DNA of 63,998 bases, the filler included, from Basidiobolus ranarum (Eukaryota), in NCBI GenBank assembly GCA_040143965.1. It is 3 parts of 3 records of this genome, joined end to end, with 100 filler letters (N's around TTAATTAATTAA, not from the genome) between each part and the next. Parts side by side here need not be neighbours in the genome. Positions count along the whole stretch, not along the records: positions 45,799 to 63,998 come from JASJQH010007157.1; 2 more parts are not named here. One strand, 5' to 3'. The position numbers and the translations under genes were made by a program. Every line of letters starts with the position of its first letter. Within the stretch, counting starts at the first letter, position 1. Below are positions 50,620 to 63,998 of the stretch, one piece after another. A model generated the notes under the pieces. That model saw only the letters and a program-made list of their open reading frames with translations, searched no databases and was not told where the DNA came from.

Positions 50620-53303
50620 ATAATCATCGGTAGTAGATCTGACCCTTTTGGACTACCTGTATACTGATAGTTATTTGTTTATTTCCCTTATAAACCTGAT
50701 AGAAACTTTCGAATAGCAAATGTTGAGAATCTATTCTCTTTGCTCAACTGTTTCATGCGGATAATTCATTTGCTCCCTTCCCTCCTTTTCCCCTTAAACT
50801 TCTTTGAAATTTTGCCAGGAAAGCCTCGTAAATTGATTATCTTTGGTCAATCCTTTTTCAATTGTTTGATATAATTCTTCCATACTTCCAGAGAACTTGT
50901 ACTGTTTAATTATTATACCAAAGTATGAGAGGGATCGATTTCTATGGAGAAATTGAAACCACCTTTATTAAATTGACTTAACAGTATTTCATGACAAATA
51001 TTGGATTTTGCTATACCCCATCTCCCATAGAGGAGTACACAATTAAGAGGATGAACCTGGGAAGGATGACAACAAACATACCTTATTCCCATTCTACATT
51101 GTAATAAGAATGTATGGGAGAGTGACAGGCAATAATATGTTTAGAGTAACAGCCTCAAATTACACATTTGATCATATTTCTGTTAATGGAAATCAATCAG
51201 ATGTAGCTCAACTAAGGCTTGCTATACGAATATACAGTTGTATCAGGCAGCGGAGAGTACATACTGATCTGGAAATATCCCACCTGTACAGCGTTACTTT
51301 TGAGAGATATATACCGAATTACTTACATCATGAGAATGTTACGATATGACTACAGGACTAGATTAGAGCTGAACGATTAGATTCCTTCGAGAAAAGTAAT
51401 GGTTTCAACTTATCAGTGTGATACCCAATGCCTCGATAGCATTAGTAAATCCAATGGCAAAGCCACTTGTACTTGGCTTATTCCTAATTATAGCTCCACC
51501 TCCTTTACAAAACTGAGTACGGCTCAGAAGGCGTAACTGAAATTGTGGCACCAATAGCTTTGTAGTGGTACTGGATTGAAGTATTCCCGGCACTATCAGT
51601 TTAATGTATCCATTACTGAAAATAACCTCACTTCTAAACATCTAATGATTTCAAGTCCTCATGTAGATAGTATTTTATATGCGTACATTTTAAAGATTAG
51701 AACCGACTTTGCAGGTTTTTAATCAAAAGTGGGCGTTTATTGGCTATTGTCATTCAAAGGACTGCTATTATGTATCAAAAGAGTACCAAAAGCAGATAAA
51801 CCGTCTTTCTATCTACCCACTGCTCTCAGTTCCCAGGTACCTTTGCCTTCCCGATGATTATATGTTGCAATGTAATATACATACAGTATGAATTCGCAGG
51901 TAATGGAAAATGAGTTCTGTATCATTCATGTGCTACCGGACAGAACACTGTTTACTTTTAGCGTATAAATCTCACAAGTACAAGATGAGTCGAAATTCGA
52001 TTTTTTGAATTGAGGGAAATATGATCTGAAGGTGAGTAATGGTCTGCGTATTGTTTTACCCGCAATGGAGAGGACACGAAGTCAGAATGTAAAGATTAGC
52101 AGAGCATTGGTTGATATTAGAATGATCTATTTATGCTAGTAAATATGTTTACTTGATTAAAATATTAACTAAAATACTTATTAAGTCGAGGTACATCAAC
52201 ACTAAACTTGGCAGAGGATTTTGATACTGTTGCGAATGAATATTCTAATGTTTGTTGGGAACTCATGCTCCCTAATTGTAACTTCTACTGACCAGTGCTT
52301 TCGACGAACTCACCAAGTAGCAAGCAGGTGATCAAAGCATATCTTTCCACGCTCTCTACCCCTGAGATTGTCAGTTGAGATCCAAGTGTTCCATCAAGGT
52401 CACACTAGGCAAGTACAATTGGTAGTCCGGATTAACAAAGTGTATGATTTAATGTTAGACGTTTCATAGCTCGATATCCACTCTAGTTCTGGGAAAATTC
52501 TGTAATAATCGATCCGTAATCTAATAATATAATTCATGGATATTTTTGATTACGAATGGTATGAATTATATGCTTACTCTGTGGGTACTTTATATCCTGG
52601 ATTACTCACAAGGCCTTGTCAAGGTTGTCATGGTCATGAGGTGTCAAAATCTTCCCAGATTCACAAATTTGATTGGAAGTATAGTATATTCACATTGTTA
52701 CCAACTAAGTACCTCCTAAATTTGCGAATGCTGTATTCGCGACTTTTGCATGCATTGCTAGTGACGCTGGAAAGAATGTCTGTCCATTTACTCGAGCTCT
52801 TGCCATCCCTTGTTAAAATAATAGCATATTGTGTGTGACCTATGGAAAGACCCCGTATACAATGGTTGATGAAGATGCAAAAGTTCAATCACCTTGTGAA
52901 CAGAGGCTTGCTCATACCTTGGCCGGATATTAATATGACAAGCGTCACTGACCAATCTGAAACTCGATCCGTAAATACTGTTGAGAACTCAGTAGGCTCA
53001 AAGATATTGTTACACGCCTTTGCATACTATACGCTCAAGTTGGAAGAGTGCGTAAATAATTCAGAGACGTTGTTGTTTGTGGAGTTAGAAATTGTATCTT
53101 ATTTCTTCAATATATGCCCCAATCCTAACCCGTGTGACGTGACCTTAAGCCGTTGACTGGTACTGCTTATTCAGTTATTTGATAACGTGAGAATGAATCC
53201 ACATTTAGCCAATAGCTCCCTTTATAACCACCCAACTTCTCTCACTTCAACATATCCATTCCCTAATATTCAAACGACAGTTCTATCTTTACATTCTTAA
53301 CAA

Positions 53304-55288
53304 ATGTCTCTTAGACTTCTCAACCGTGTTACCAAAGCTGCCTCTAACAATGCTTTGTTGAAAAACTACCAAGCTATACGTTGTATGGCATCTAAAAGCT
53401 CTTGTAAGTTTCACTAACTACTTATGCTCTCTTCAAAACTAACCTCTTTGTCTTGGTCATAATAGCCTTTGTAAAGTACGACTGGACTGATCCTTTGAAT
53501 CTCGAGTCTTTGCTTACAGAAGAAGAACAAATCGTACGGTTCGTACTTTTCTTAGTTTGCACTTTATGGCAAAGGAATCTGATTTTCGAACTTTTCTTTC
53601 ACCACGAATAGGGATTCCGCTCATTCATACTGTCAGAGTAAACTTTTTCCTAGAGTACTAGAAGCAAACCGTAATGAAGGTTAGTATACGTCGTTGATAA
53701 ATTTATTTTACTAGTATGAAATTTTTTGTAACACTCTATGAAGTTTTCCACAAGGAAATTATGCAAGAGTTTGGTGAGATGGGCATGTTGGGAGCTACTA
53801 TTGAAGGATATGGCTGTGCTGGTACCTCTTCTGTCGCCTATGGACTCATTGCAAATGAAGTTGAGAAGTAAGCATATTCCTCACTTACTATATTTAATTA
53901 CAAATATACTGATTTGAGAACTTTGTCATGTAGAGTGGACAGTGGTTATCGTAGTGCCATGAGTGTTCAATCCTCTCTTGTTATGCACCCTATTTATGCT
54001 TACGGTACCGATGAACAAAAGGAGAAATATCTCCCTTCATTAGGTACATTCACTTCTGACACCATTCCTTAATGAATTTACATGATAATAACCTCGTCAT
54101 AGCCCAGGGTAAAACTATAGGATGCTTCGGTCTTACTGAGCCCAATCATGGAAGTGATCCTGCAGGAATGGAAACAGTTGCTCGTAAAGAAGGCGGAAAG
54201 TATATTTTAAATGGATCCAAAACCTGGATCACCAATTCCCCTATCGCAGATGTATTTATTATCTGGGCCAAGAATCTTGAAGAAAATGGAGCTATTCGTG
54301 GTTTTATTTTGGAGAAGGTAATACTTTAATACAGTTGGATATTATTTGCAATACTGACATCTATCACTTCTCAGGGAATGCCCGGACTCTCCGCTCCTGC
54401 AATCAAGGGTAAATTCTCCCTTAGAGCTTCAATTACTGGTATGATTATGATGGAAGATGTGGAAGTACCAGTTGAAAACATGCTCCCTAATGTCAAGGGA
54501 CTAAAGGTAATCTTCATTTAGAAACTCCACCTAATCCAATTTACCTCCAATTGCTAACTAATTCATACATAGGGACCCTTTGGTTGTCTTAACAATGCAA
54601 GATTTGGAATTGCCTGGGGTGCATTAGGAGCTGCCCAATCTTGTTTAAATCAAGCCCGTGATTATACACTCGAAAGGTAAATCTCATTAAGACTCTACAA
54701 ACTAATACAGTGTATTAACCGCTGACCACGCGGCCTCGCCTCTTCAGAAAACAATTTGGTGTTCCTCTAGCTAGATTCCAATTAATCCAGAAAAAGCTTG
54801 CCGATGCCAATACTGAGGTATTTTGAGCCCTCTCCACTTGCCAATATTTAGAGATTGATTCTAAAGTTTCAAAAATTAGATTGCTATTGGCCTTCAGGCT
54901 TGTCTCCAAGTTGGTCGTCTTAAGGATGCAGGAAAGATTGCACCAGAAATGATCTCATTGATCAAACGAAACTCTTGCGGTAAAGCTCTTCAGATCGCTC
55001 GTGAGGCTCGTGATATGCTTGGAGGTAAGTACATCTCAATGTTTCATTTTTGTACGATCCTAAACCGCAATCTTCATGTAGGAAACGGAATCAGCGATGA
55101 ATACCACATCATTCGTCATATGATGAATTTAGAAGCAGTCAACACTTATGAAGGTAATTGGATGAATTCACCTCGATAAACAGTTCTTTCTTTAACATGT
55201 TAATTATTTATAAGGCACACACGACGTTCACGCCTTGATCATTGGTCGCGCCATTACCGGCATCCCTGCCTTTGACGTAAAATCATAA
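53304..55288 (+). CDS. GCDH: Mitochondrial glutaryl-CoA dehydrogenase (about 11 introns)
   Basis: Presequence MSLRLLNRV, then [75 protein letters not shown] and [20 protein letters not shown]. Confidence 0.96.
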
Positions 55289-56678
55289 AGTTCCACACTC
55301 CTGGCATTTAGAGTATTTCCATGATACGATTTCACATTCTATCGTTGTCTTCTCATCTCTTCACTTCGTAAAAAGAACCCCTGGCTTTCAAATAAACATA
55401 GTTTTATAAGTATATTCTTGGATTGCGTCCCACGAGCATACCATTGTGTAGGATTCGCTTATAAACCAGAAATCTGTACCCATTGGGTAAAAAGAATGGT
55501 TGATCGTTCTCATGAATGAATAGTAGCGGTTGAATAGATGTCCAGGCAAAAATTTATGCAATCACAACTCCGATACAAGTTCGCACATATACGTCATTCC
55601 TCGTGTTCGGAACTCCATGCTAAGCATATTGTATTACTCTTGCGATAAAAGAGAGAGGTGGGAGCTGCCCATGATTATATTGAAAATCAATACTCTATCC
55701 ATTTACTTTCACGTAAGACCTGTTATTCACCAAAAACCAATACTGTAACGATAGTATACATGAAGTGGTACGTCTAAGTGAGTAACTGTGGGTGGGATGC
55801 CGAGTGAAATACTTTGTTAAAAAGGAAGGTGACACGTATTTATGGATCTAATCCACATTAACATAACACTATGAGGGGATGTTGGGGTCATCATAAAATC
55901 CTTCGGATCTATATATATGACTCCTTTGCTGTCATCACTTCCCTGCCAATGCTGCCATTACTTTCACTAGGTGGATTAAAGAGCCACCACAGTAAAAAAA
56001 CACTATGATTCTATTTCAGTTCTGATGGCTTGATCAAGATAACCCTAAATCTACCATAGTTTATCAATGTTTAAGACGGAATTCTGAATATAAAAGATCC
56101 GAATATTTACAATAGGTAGATTTTAAAGTCATGAATTTATTCAGCCTTTCAGTAACAGATTTCTACTCACCATGTCATGAAAGATCAGACAGGTAATCAG
56201 GCTGAAGGTGAGCTACCAGTTTGATATGGACACTGCTCATGTTTTTAGTATCTACTTTAATATATTTGCTGAGATATCTCTGCACTTGAACTATCTGTTG
56301 GCATTTGATTGGAACTAGCACATTACAAGGCATCTGTTAAGACTTGCTGTAGACTTCTCGTAATAACCCAGCTGCAAAACATAACATCATACTCTATACT
56401 TGAAATAGCATCCTACTTTATTCCTTAAAGTGATATGCAATATATGATCATAGCTCTGTGCTTAGAGTCTTGTATGGAAATGCTTTAGACATTAAGAGAC
56501 AGTTAATACCATGAGAGAAATTGTTTCTTATAGATATCATTCTGTTAAAGTATTTGGGAGCCTGTTGGAAGTAGTTTGGAGAATTAGAGAAATCGGTGGT
56601 TTTCACTTATTGATTTATTGAGTATTCAGTTGACATTTATAGTTTTGTCCAGATGTAAGCAAACTAGCGCGTAGAATG

Positions 56679-56887
56679 TGTTAAGAAAGGTCCCAGGAAC
56701 ATGTGTGCAAAGTTTGGGGCCTCTAGCACAAGTTTGAAAAATCTATATATCTGAGAACTAAGTTGGTGTCAATTTTCTAAGTAAATTCCGATATCAAATA
56801 ATGGGCGATATCTTAGTTCAATACAAGATTACTAAATACTAAGCTATATATGACTATATAGGCGTTTAGGCAATGCTAATTTCAACA
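56679..56887 (-). mobile_element. Solo LTR-like element (about 209 bp)
   Basis: Minus strand reads TGTTGAAATTAGC...CTTTCTTAACA (TGTT/AACA termini). Same family as 45369-45698. No clean target-site duplication and no primer-binding site seen. Confidence 0.7.
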
Positions 56888-59400
56888 AATATTTGACTAT
56901 GAGGTAGGTTTGAACTTCTAAAATAGTAATTGTGATGGAGTATATTTCTTACTCAAACATTGATTATAATATATTAATTAGAGTAATCCTTGGTTATGAT
57001 GTTAGAGCTTTCATCTCTCATTATTCTTCCATGAAACTAGCTATTGATAGTTGATCAAGTTGGCCTAAAACCATGACTGCACCCATCACCTCATACTCTG
57101 CTTACTTTCTCCTCTGATCAACTTGGATATCACTTAACGGATGAAGATCAGGAGAGAGCCTCTAGCACTAACCATATCAATACCAAGTAACATTAGATTG
57201 ATATACAACCTCATAACATGTTTGATCTGCCATCATCCTCTTAAACTTCTCCGGTATGCATTGATATTGTTGGCCCTCTTTGCTGCTTCCAATTAGCCAC
57301 TTGGTTGCCTAATCAGCATCCATTACTCTTGATTTTGTATGGTTATATGATACTTTTCCTGGTTGAGATATGTTCGATCTTTATGCTTATGACGAAACAG
57401 AAATATAGTTTGATAAGTTTGACCACTTGAGACAGCACACTCATACTAATAGTTTAGCTAGACTCTATGAAGTAACTTGAAAGTCTTTAACTCTCACCAG
57501 TATTCTGGATAAATTCCAACTGGTTGTCTGAATATTGGTTAGTTCAATATTTAATGGTTTTTATTGCATCGGATGGGGTACCATGTATCTCTGTAAGAAC
57601 AGTTTGCTTTTTGGAATAGATAGATAAGACATTCTCAATCATCGAACAATGCAAGATTAGATTAGACGTGGGAAGCCGATCCGTTTGCAGTAGAATCCCC
57701 TTGTGAGCGATCTCTTTTAATGTTAAGTTTTGAAGCCACTTCAAAGATAGAATGGAATTGGTCCCAATCAAAAATCACGTTTATTATGAAATGGTAGAAT
57801 GCTGCATTGTATTTGAAGGCAAATCCAAGATTCTTCTCAAAAAAGGTAGAACTTTATTCAGGATTTTTATGTAGCAAATCCCGTTGTCTTTACAAGTGAA
57901 AATGAAACTGGTGTTGATCAGTGAAAGTTTACCCTCTGATCTCTGAATTTTCTTGGGATCTATATTCAGTTAATATCGTTGTTGGCCACAGAGGATTGAT
58001 TATCCACAAAGCAGTGCTTCATTTCGTATTTGCATATTTAGATTAAACATCAAATTAGGTGGGTATCAGTGATCAAGTATGCAGGTGAAGCAGGCAATCC
58101 TCCCAATCGGGAACCATATCTATATTACATATACTTGCGTATTCTTGTATCATTCAAGGACAAATTACCAACGCACGAACATGGCGCCTTTATATTGAAT
58201 CATTTTCACATGTAGTTTAGAATCAACCTCCAAATTACTAAAAAGGGAGAAGAATGTTTAAGATAAGCAATGTTCTACGTAGGTTATGTTAATCTGTGAA
58301 TGCTGGAAAGCTACGAGAAAGTACCCAATTGTAGTAGTAAACCAAAATCTTCGAATTAAATCAAAGCAGTTTAGACGTTAACGAGCGCTATCATAAAAAT
58401 ACTCTACATATCCACGAAACCGATTAAAGACATGCCAATCATGGTGAATATTAACTAACTTTGTGAAGCCTATCAAACAAACAAACTTCGTAGTTATTGC
58501 ACTTATGATTAAGAGATTCCGGTGGCCGAACAAGTTAACACCTATTGGGTATAGGTTTGAAGAGTTTTAACTTGTTAAGAGTGCCTTTCAACAAAAAAAT
58601 TCCAAGCCGTGTAACCATTGCGTTGTACCAAGAGATTCGAGGTCATTTGACTACTGATGTCCGGACAAAACCCATTAGCCACATTCTCATCAAGATAAAG
58701 AGTAAACCTCAGCTATCCAAGACTCAGACTCGCCCACGACGAGTAAGGTTTTTCGTAAAGATCCATCAGATGATTTCATCCACTTCATTCCTTAATTGTT
58801 TATTCCGATAGCTTGTGTCTCATCACTCAAACAGCCAGCACTCCACTCAATCGCATTGTTAGACGTGCGAAGTGGGGCTCGATCATCAGTGGTAGGCCCC
58901 CATTCTACATTAGAGCTGGTGCCTTCATATATTTTATTTTACTACTTTAATATCTCAAGTCGTTCGGTACTTTGCCTCAGTTTTGGGGTTAAACAAGTGG
59001 CCAATAGGCTCCTGTGGTGGATGGGTTTTTTTCATCGAATGGCTGAATAATGGATAAGGTGACCAAACTTTCCCAAACCAACGAGGGCATGACTTCATAT
59101 TAGATTTTCCCGAAATATTCAATAATTTACCCTTTCGGTTCTCATTAAATGCAAGTCAAGAATCAATTGTCCCTCACAAAGTCCTATTTATAACAAAAAA
59201 ACCCATATTATTGGGCGACACAATTAAATCCATACAAGAGGAAAAATTACAACGAACTTAATAAAATCGAGCGCGAAGCCTATGGGAATGGAAAACAAAG
59301 TGAAATAACTCGTTAAAGACTATATTCCCAGAGGCATTGTACGGGATTAGAACACTTCGAAAACGGGGTTCTATGATTTCTGGCAGATGTTGAGTTTTCA

Positions 59401-60397
59401 TCAATAGCTAGAGGCAGATACAATGTATCCCTTATTGGCAATCACTCCACGAGTGCGAATGACCGAGGAGTATTTAAGAACCCATCGAGGTGTGAGTTTC
59501 GCTTCTTCGATAGAAGAAACAATCCCGTATTTTGCCAACAACGCATTAAAACTAGAAGCTGGAAGTATATCTGAGGAATCTTGATGGGTAAGCAGTTGTA
59601 TGTTATTGGCGGCAGCGTATGCAACTATATCCGCTGATACTGAGGAGTTGTTACCAAGGTCCACATGGTTGATCTGAGGAGTAATCTGCACTTTCTTTGA
59701 CAAGTTACAAAGCTCACTGGGTGAAAACTCGCTGACACCTAGATGTTTGATTGCTCCGTCTTTGTAAAAATGCTCCATTTCATTCCACGCAGGAACAACA
59801 TCATTGACATTTTCTTGAAAATTATGTTCTGGGAACGATAAAACAAAATCATGAACATGTTCTACGCCTAAATGACGCTTTATGTATTCTAGAGACTCGG
59901 ATACGTAAGAGGCCGGGAAATGAGACGTGCCAGTTGTGTCGGGCAAATAGAATAATTTTACTGCGGAATAAAAGAATTAGTATCTAAATGTATTGAGGTA
60001 AAACAAGCACAAGTATATGTTTACCAGAGACTTCAAGGTCGTTTAAATCCTCTTGATCAAGTGAGTTCCTGTGGCGAGTATCAGGAATCTCCAGATAATC
60101 GTTTTCAGGAATATAAAAGCAAGAACCTTGCTCCCGAAGAAAGACTTTCAGGGTTTCATCCAGGGAGGATATCAGCTTCATTAAAGTCAGTCAACGGTTG
60201 CATACTAAAGAGAAGAAGTCATACTTGTTACTTACCTCATGTTGCGAGTTGCGCAAAGTACTATTGCGGATTCCAGAAGCACCAACTCTCATGAGGTTTC
60301 CCGAGTATAGAAGACATTTTTTGATGGAGCATATAGGAGTAGTTTTGGTTCGGTTAGCACGGCTTTCAGGATAATTCAGCAAAGCGGTGGTCAACAT
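59401..60397 (-). CDS. GCLM: Glutamate-cysteine ligase modifier subunit-like protein (AKR fold), 3 exons
   Basis: LLYSGNLM, LEVSVKLFYLP, AWNEMEHFYKDGAIKHLGVSEFS, PQINHVDL, IQLLTHQD and PRWVLKYSSVIRTRGVIANKGYIV. Confidence 0.85.
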
Positions 60398-63300
60398 AGT
60401 ATATTTACAATTATGGGAAGTAAAGGCGGAGCTTTATGGAAGTATGTATGTTTTTGTGAAGTCAGAAATATAGGAATTGAGCAAAAAGGAAGACAGATTG
60501 TGCTGTCAGCGAATCCAAACCCTCTTTTAAATAGTTTCATTAAACTACTAGTAACCATATTATCTGATGATGAAACATACACTAAATCAAATTGAGGTAG
60601 AAAAAGAAAAATCTAACTGGAGGACCAAAAAAAGACTCGACATTGTATCATGAGAAGTATTGATTAGTAATGATCGAGCCTGCAAGCATTGATTGGCTAA
60701 TCTGCATAGATGGATGAATCTTCGTTGACTCATTGAGCTAAGAAAAACGTAGATTAAAACAAGGAGCGCCCATTTTTGGTTAAGTCGGAAAAGACAAGAA
60801 CTTTGATCTCTACTATCGCAACCAATCATCATTGCAGGTATTGCCATATGTTACTCTCCAGTACAACCATATTCTGGCAAGTTGAGGTTTTTGGCTGTGG
60901 CTAACAATCCTCACAGTTTCATATGGGATGCTTGAAACAACTGGAAAGCGCCTGAAAACACAATGCCATAAGGGAAGCCTGTCAAGGGCCCGCCATACTC
61001 GACATGATATCTTCACCCAGACGTGGGCTCTTCCTATCGAGGCTAGATCACCGGCCATCCTACCTCACGTCTCAACACCATTGTGAAGGCAACTGTGTAT
61101 GGCATACGAATGAAACGTGAAGCCACATGCTTTCTTTATGATCCCTTGTGAATGCTGATTGAAGAGCTTCACCGAGGGTTCAATACCTGCTCACTGTGTG
61201 TATGCATTCATGCTGTGCATTATCACAGGGCCGGAGTGCATCTGTCATATGCTTAAGATAACTTGAACTTACGCCTGCATCGGGTATTATGAACTAGTGC
61301 CATTCCACCATGGCCAAGATGGTATCATAGTGGCAATATCTTCGGAATTCCAGGAGTCTATTCTTTCCCCTTGATTAGAGATGACAGCATACTCAGTTAG
61401 TGACATCAGAATTGAGTGTAACCGATATTTCATTTGAAAGATGGATTCCGATGGAAGGAAACAACGAAGATTTCTTCGACTCAAATTCCCATTTGACAAA
61501 TCAACGACAACGATGAACCTGACTATTTTCGGGGCAGCCCTTTGGAAATCCAATTAACCTTGATTCAGTCTCCGGGGAAAGAAACCAACGATGATGCCTT
61601 CAAGCTCTTGATTGGCCACTAGATCTGTAACTGTCTATGCTCAGTACGAATTACTAGAGCCTGGGTAGCCTTACCAACTACCTTTTTTGATGGTGATCAG
61701 TTACGCATATTGTTCATCTGAAATGGTAACGCTGAATGCATCTCTGAATGCTTGGGAAGGGCCTCTAGGTGGATTCTTTGCTTGTAGCTTGGAGTATGTC
61801 CGGAAATTCTGGTGCACTTCCTGTCCTTTGTTTGTTTGTAAGTCTCAACGAGCATCTATTATGTTGAAGGTTATGTGAGATGTAAACCTATATTGTTGTC
61901 AATCATTTACTAACACTTGGTGCATCAACAAGGAATCCAACTCTAGGCAGTGATTGGTTACCTTTGACTGCGTATTCTTTCAGTCTCGATTGTTATTGAA
62001 ACTCTTTTATCTGCTCTTCCATCATCAGTAATATTACACACATCTCCTCCAGGACTCAAGAACTAAACTTTAGATTATTTCTGCGGCGTTTGAAAGCATC
62101 AGTGAAGTGTGAGTCTACATTATCTTTACTCGTGGCGAGATGTAATGTATGAAACTAAATGTATACCCTGACAACAATCATGAATTTAATAAAGAAATAA
62201 GAGATACATTTGTCATATATATGATCTATGGGAGCTAGTTATTTTTATCAGTACTTTGAGAATGGCCTTGGAAATTATCTATATGCTTAGGAACAACATA
62301 TTCCAGCTTCAGCTAAAAGCGTAATGCTAACCATATAAATGGTATATTTAATACAAATCCACAACAATGGATGGTGTTCTAAAGTTAGGTTACTTGTTCT
62401 ATATTATTTGGACACTCAGGAGTACAATTTTCACTTTCACTTGATCGAGAAGGTTGATCCTTAATTTCCTCTAAACAATAGTAGCTCGGCTAACCATATC
62501 GTCAACAATATTTACTAGAATCGAAAAAAAACTCAACCTTAACTTTGCTATACACTAGCACCCTAGTTTTGAAAGGAGAACCATCAGATAATATCTCTCA
62601 AAAGTACATGAATATAAGTCATTGTTACTGAATTACGCCTGTGAAAAAACTCTTTCTTGCGATGCTCTTATGTATATACGTTCATCTATCGTCTGAAGAA
62701 GTCATATTTCCTGGAACCCTTTGTTTTGTTTTCTGAAGGTAAGTTGAAAGGCAGATTCCTTTACAAATCGACTCCCCACTCTTGGTGCTCACGAATACAA
62801 AGTGCACTTCCCGAAAGAGTAAAAGTAACTTCGAATATATATTAAAATGCCACTCTTATATCTTCACATTCAACTATGTATTCTTCAACTGGCACTATTG
62901 TCGGTTGTTCTCACTTAGAATTAAACATAGCGGCCTCCCAAAACGTCAAGGCTAGTTGAACCAGCTTTACAAGGTCTATATAGTTTTGTAATAATTGTCA
63001 GTACGTATATATATATGTAGGTAATGGTTGAAACATTCGCTTGTACTTCTGTTGGAGAACTCAATCCTCAAAGCATCACAACATAGGCCTCGAAATGAAG
63101 GCAAACAACCGTTGTGATTGATATTTTTGTAACTGTAGTTTATCGAGACGTGTGTCAAAATCCACTTGAAATATTAAGGAACTCCCAATATATGAAAATA
63201 TTATTGAACGAGGACATTCATGGCCGCACTTCAGTACACACTTGCTAGGTACTTCCTTAATCAACAACATCCGCTCAAGTGGCTACTGATACGCGTCTAA

Positions 63301-63998
63301 TATTTATGAATGGCTATAAATATGACATTCTTAAAAATACTCGGAGCAAAATAGCAAGCGGTGCCTTCATAATGAAAGCGACTGTTGCTAGCATCATTTT
63401 AAACTTACTTCACTCCTATGTAGCTCTTATTAGCTATATCACATATCTTTCAATGTTGGGTTTGGCTAATGTAAACTTCTAAGCCTAGTGTCTATACAGT
63501 TGAAGTCAATAGAAGTGTTCAAAATGGAGGTGAAACTTGAGACAAAATAGGACTGATAACCAACCCATTCTTCGAAATAAAATTGTAATAAATAATCCCC
63601 AGCTTAATTGATTGGTACAAGTAATTTACGTACTTCTCTTGTTAGTAGATGTCGACTCGCGTTGACAGCTAATCAATTTAAGTCACGTGATTCAACTACC
63701 ATCGTATTGCAGTAGAAAGCGGGATATTGAAATCATACTAGCACGCTAAGTTGTTAAAAACTCGTATTGACTCTATCCTAAGTCAGTGCAAGAACTACTC
63801 TGTGAGTTACTCCACTTTTAACAGCTATAGTTTGTACCATATCGAATTTACGGCCACTTATTCAATCCTTGTGCCATCTGGATTCTTCCTCTCCCTCTCT
63901 CAAACATACCAAAGAAGTTGATACAACGCGATGGGCATCTTGGTTCAAGCATCACTTGCCCAAGATGCTGTGTTCTTTGCGGGAGATAAAATATCTTG

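Noticed and set aside
51110-53156. Short ORFs between RasGEF and GCDH
   Set aside because: No recognisable domain or splice structure; a decayed gene cannot be excluded without a search.
45369-56887. Inverted LTR-like copies apparently bracketing RasGEF and GCDH like a composite transposon
   Set aside because: The copies lie on different contigs separated by an artificial linker, and dispersed solo copies explain the pattern.
63682-63690. GTCACGTGA E-box as a target of the bHLH factor
   Set aside because: A single site with no downstream gene visible in the window; not distinguishable from chance.
1-63998. tRNA, rRNA, CRISPR arrays, selenoprotein/SECIS signals
   Set aside because: None recognised by eye. 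The locus is eukaryotic, and no gene model needed an in-frame TGA.

Overview
Intron-rich, AT-rich eukaryotic genomic DNA from an early-diverging fungus. Fungal gene families, many 50-130 nt introns and a U12-type minor intron point to Zoopagomycota/Mucoromycota (Basidiobolus-like); this assignment is inference. The window joins three contigs with artificial N-TTAATTAATTAA-N linkers (22833-22932 and 45699-45798). It holds about 22 protein-coding genes: RRS1, RED/IK, a GPI-like protein, a KCH K+ transporter, TAPT1/EMP65, VMA21, a bHLH transcription factor, stomatin, vigilin/SCP160, coactosin, eIF4E, ALG5, a CCDC77-like protein, a GGA-like protein, RPS30, a SMAP-domain protein, an NDT80-like factor, a RasGEF, GCDH, a GCLM-like protein and a few unknowns. 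It also holds a tandem VMA21 pseudogene, two identical U1 snRNA genes with a shared 64-bp promoter, and a family of solo-LTR-like repeats. The best leads are: (1) a 69-aa stand-alone microprotein that is essentially a neurabin/Bni4-type PP1-docking string; (2) a homolog of the centriole protein CCDC77 in an apparently non-flagellated fungus; (3) a bHLH-ZIP factor with NFAT-like calcineurin and 14-3-3 motifs; (4) a U12 intron in TAPT1; (5) a candidate snRNA promoter element; (6) a GGA lacking its ear domain. All exon structures were worked out by eye, and all homology calls are from recalled family motifs, not database searches.
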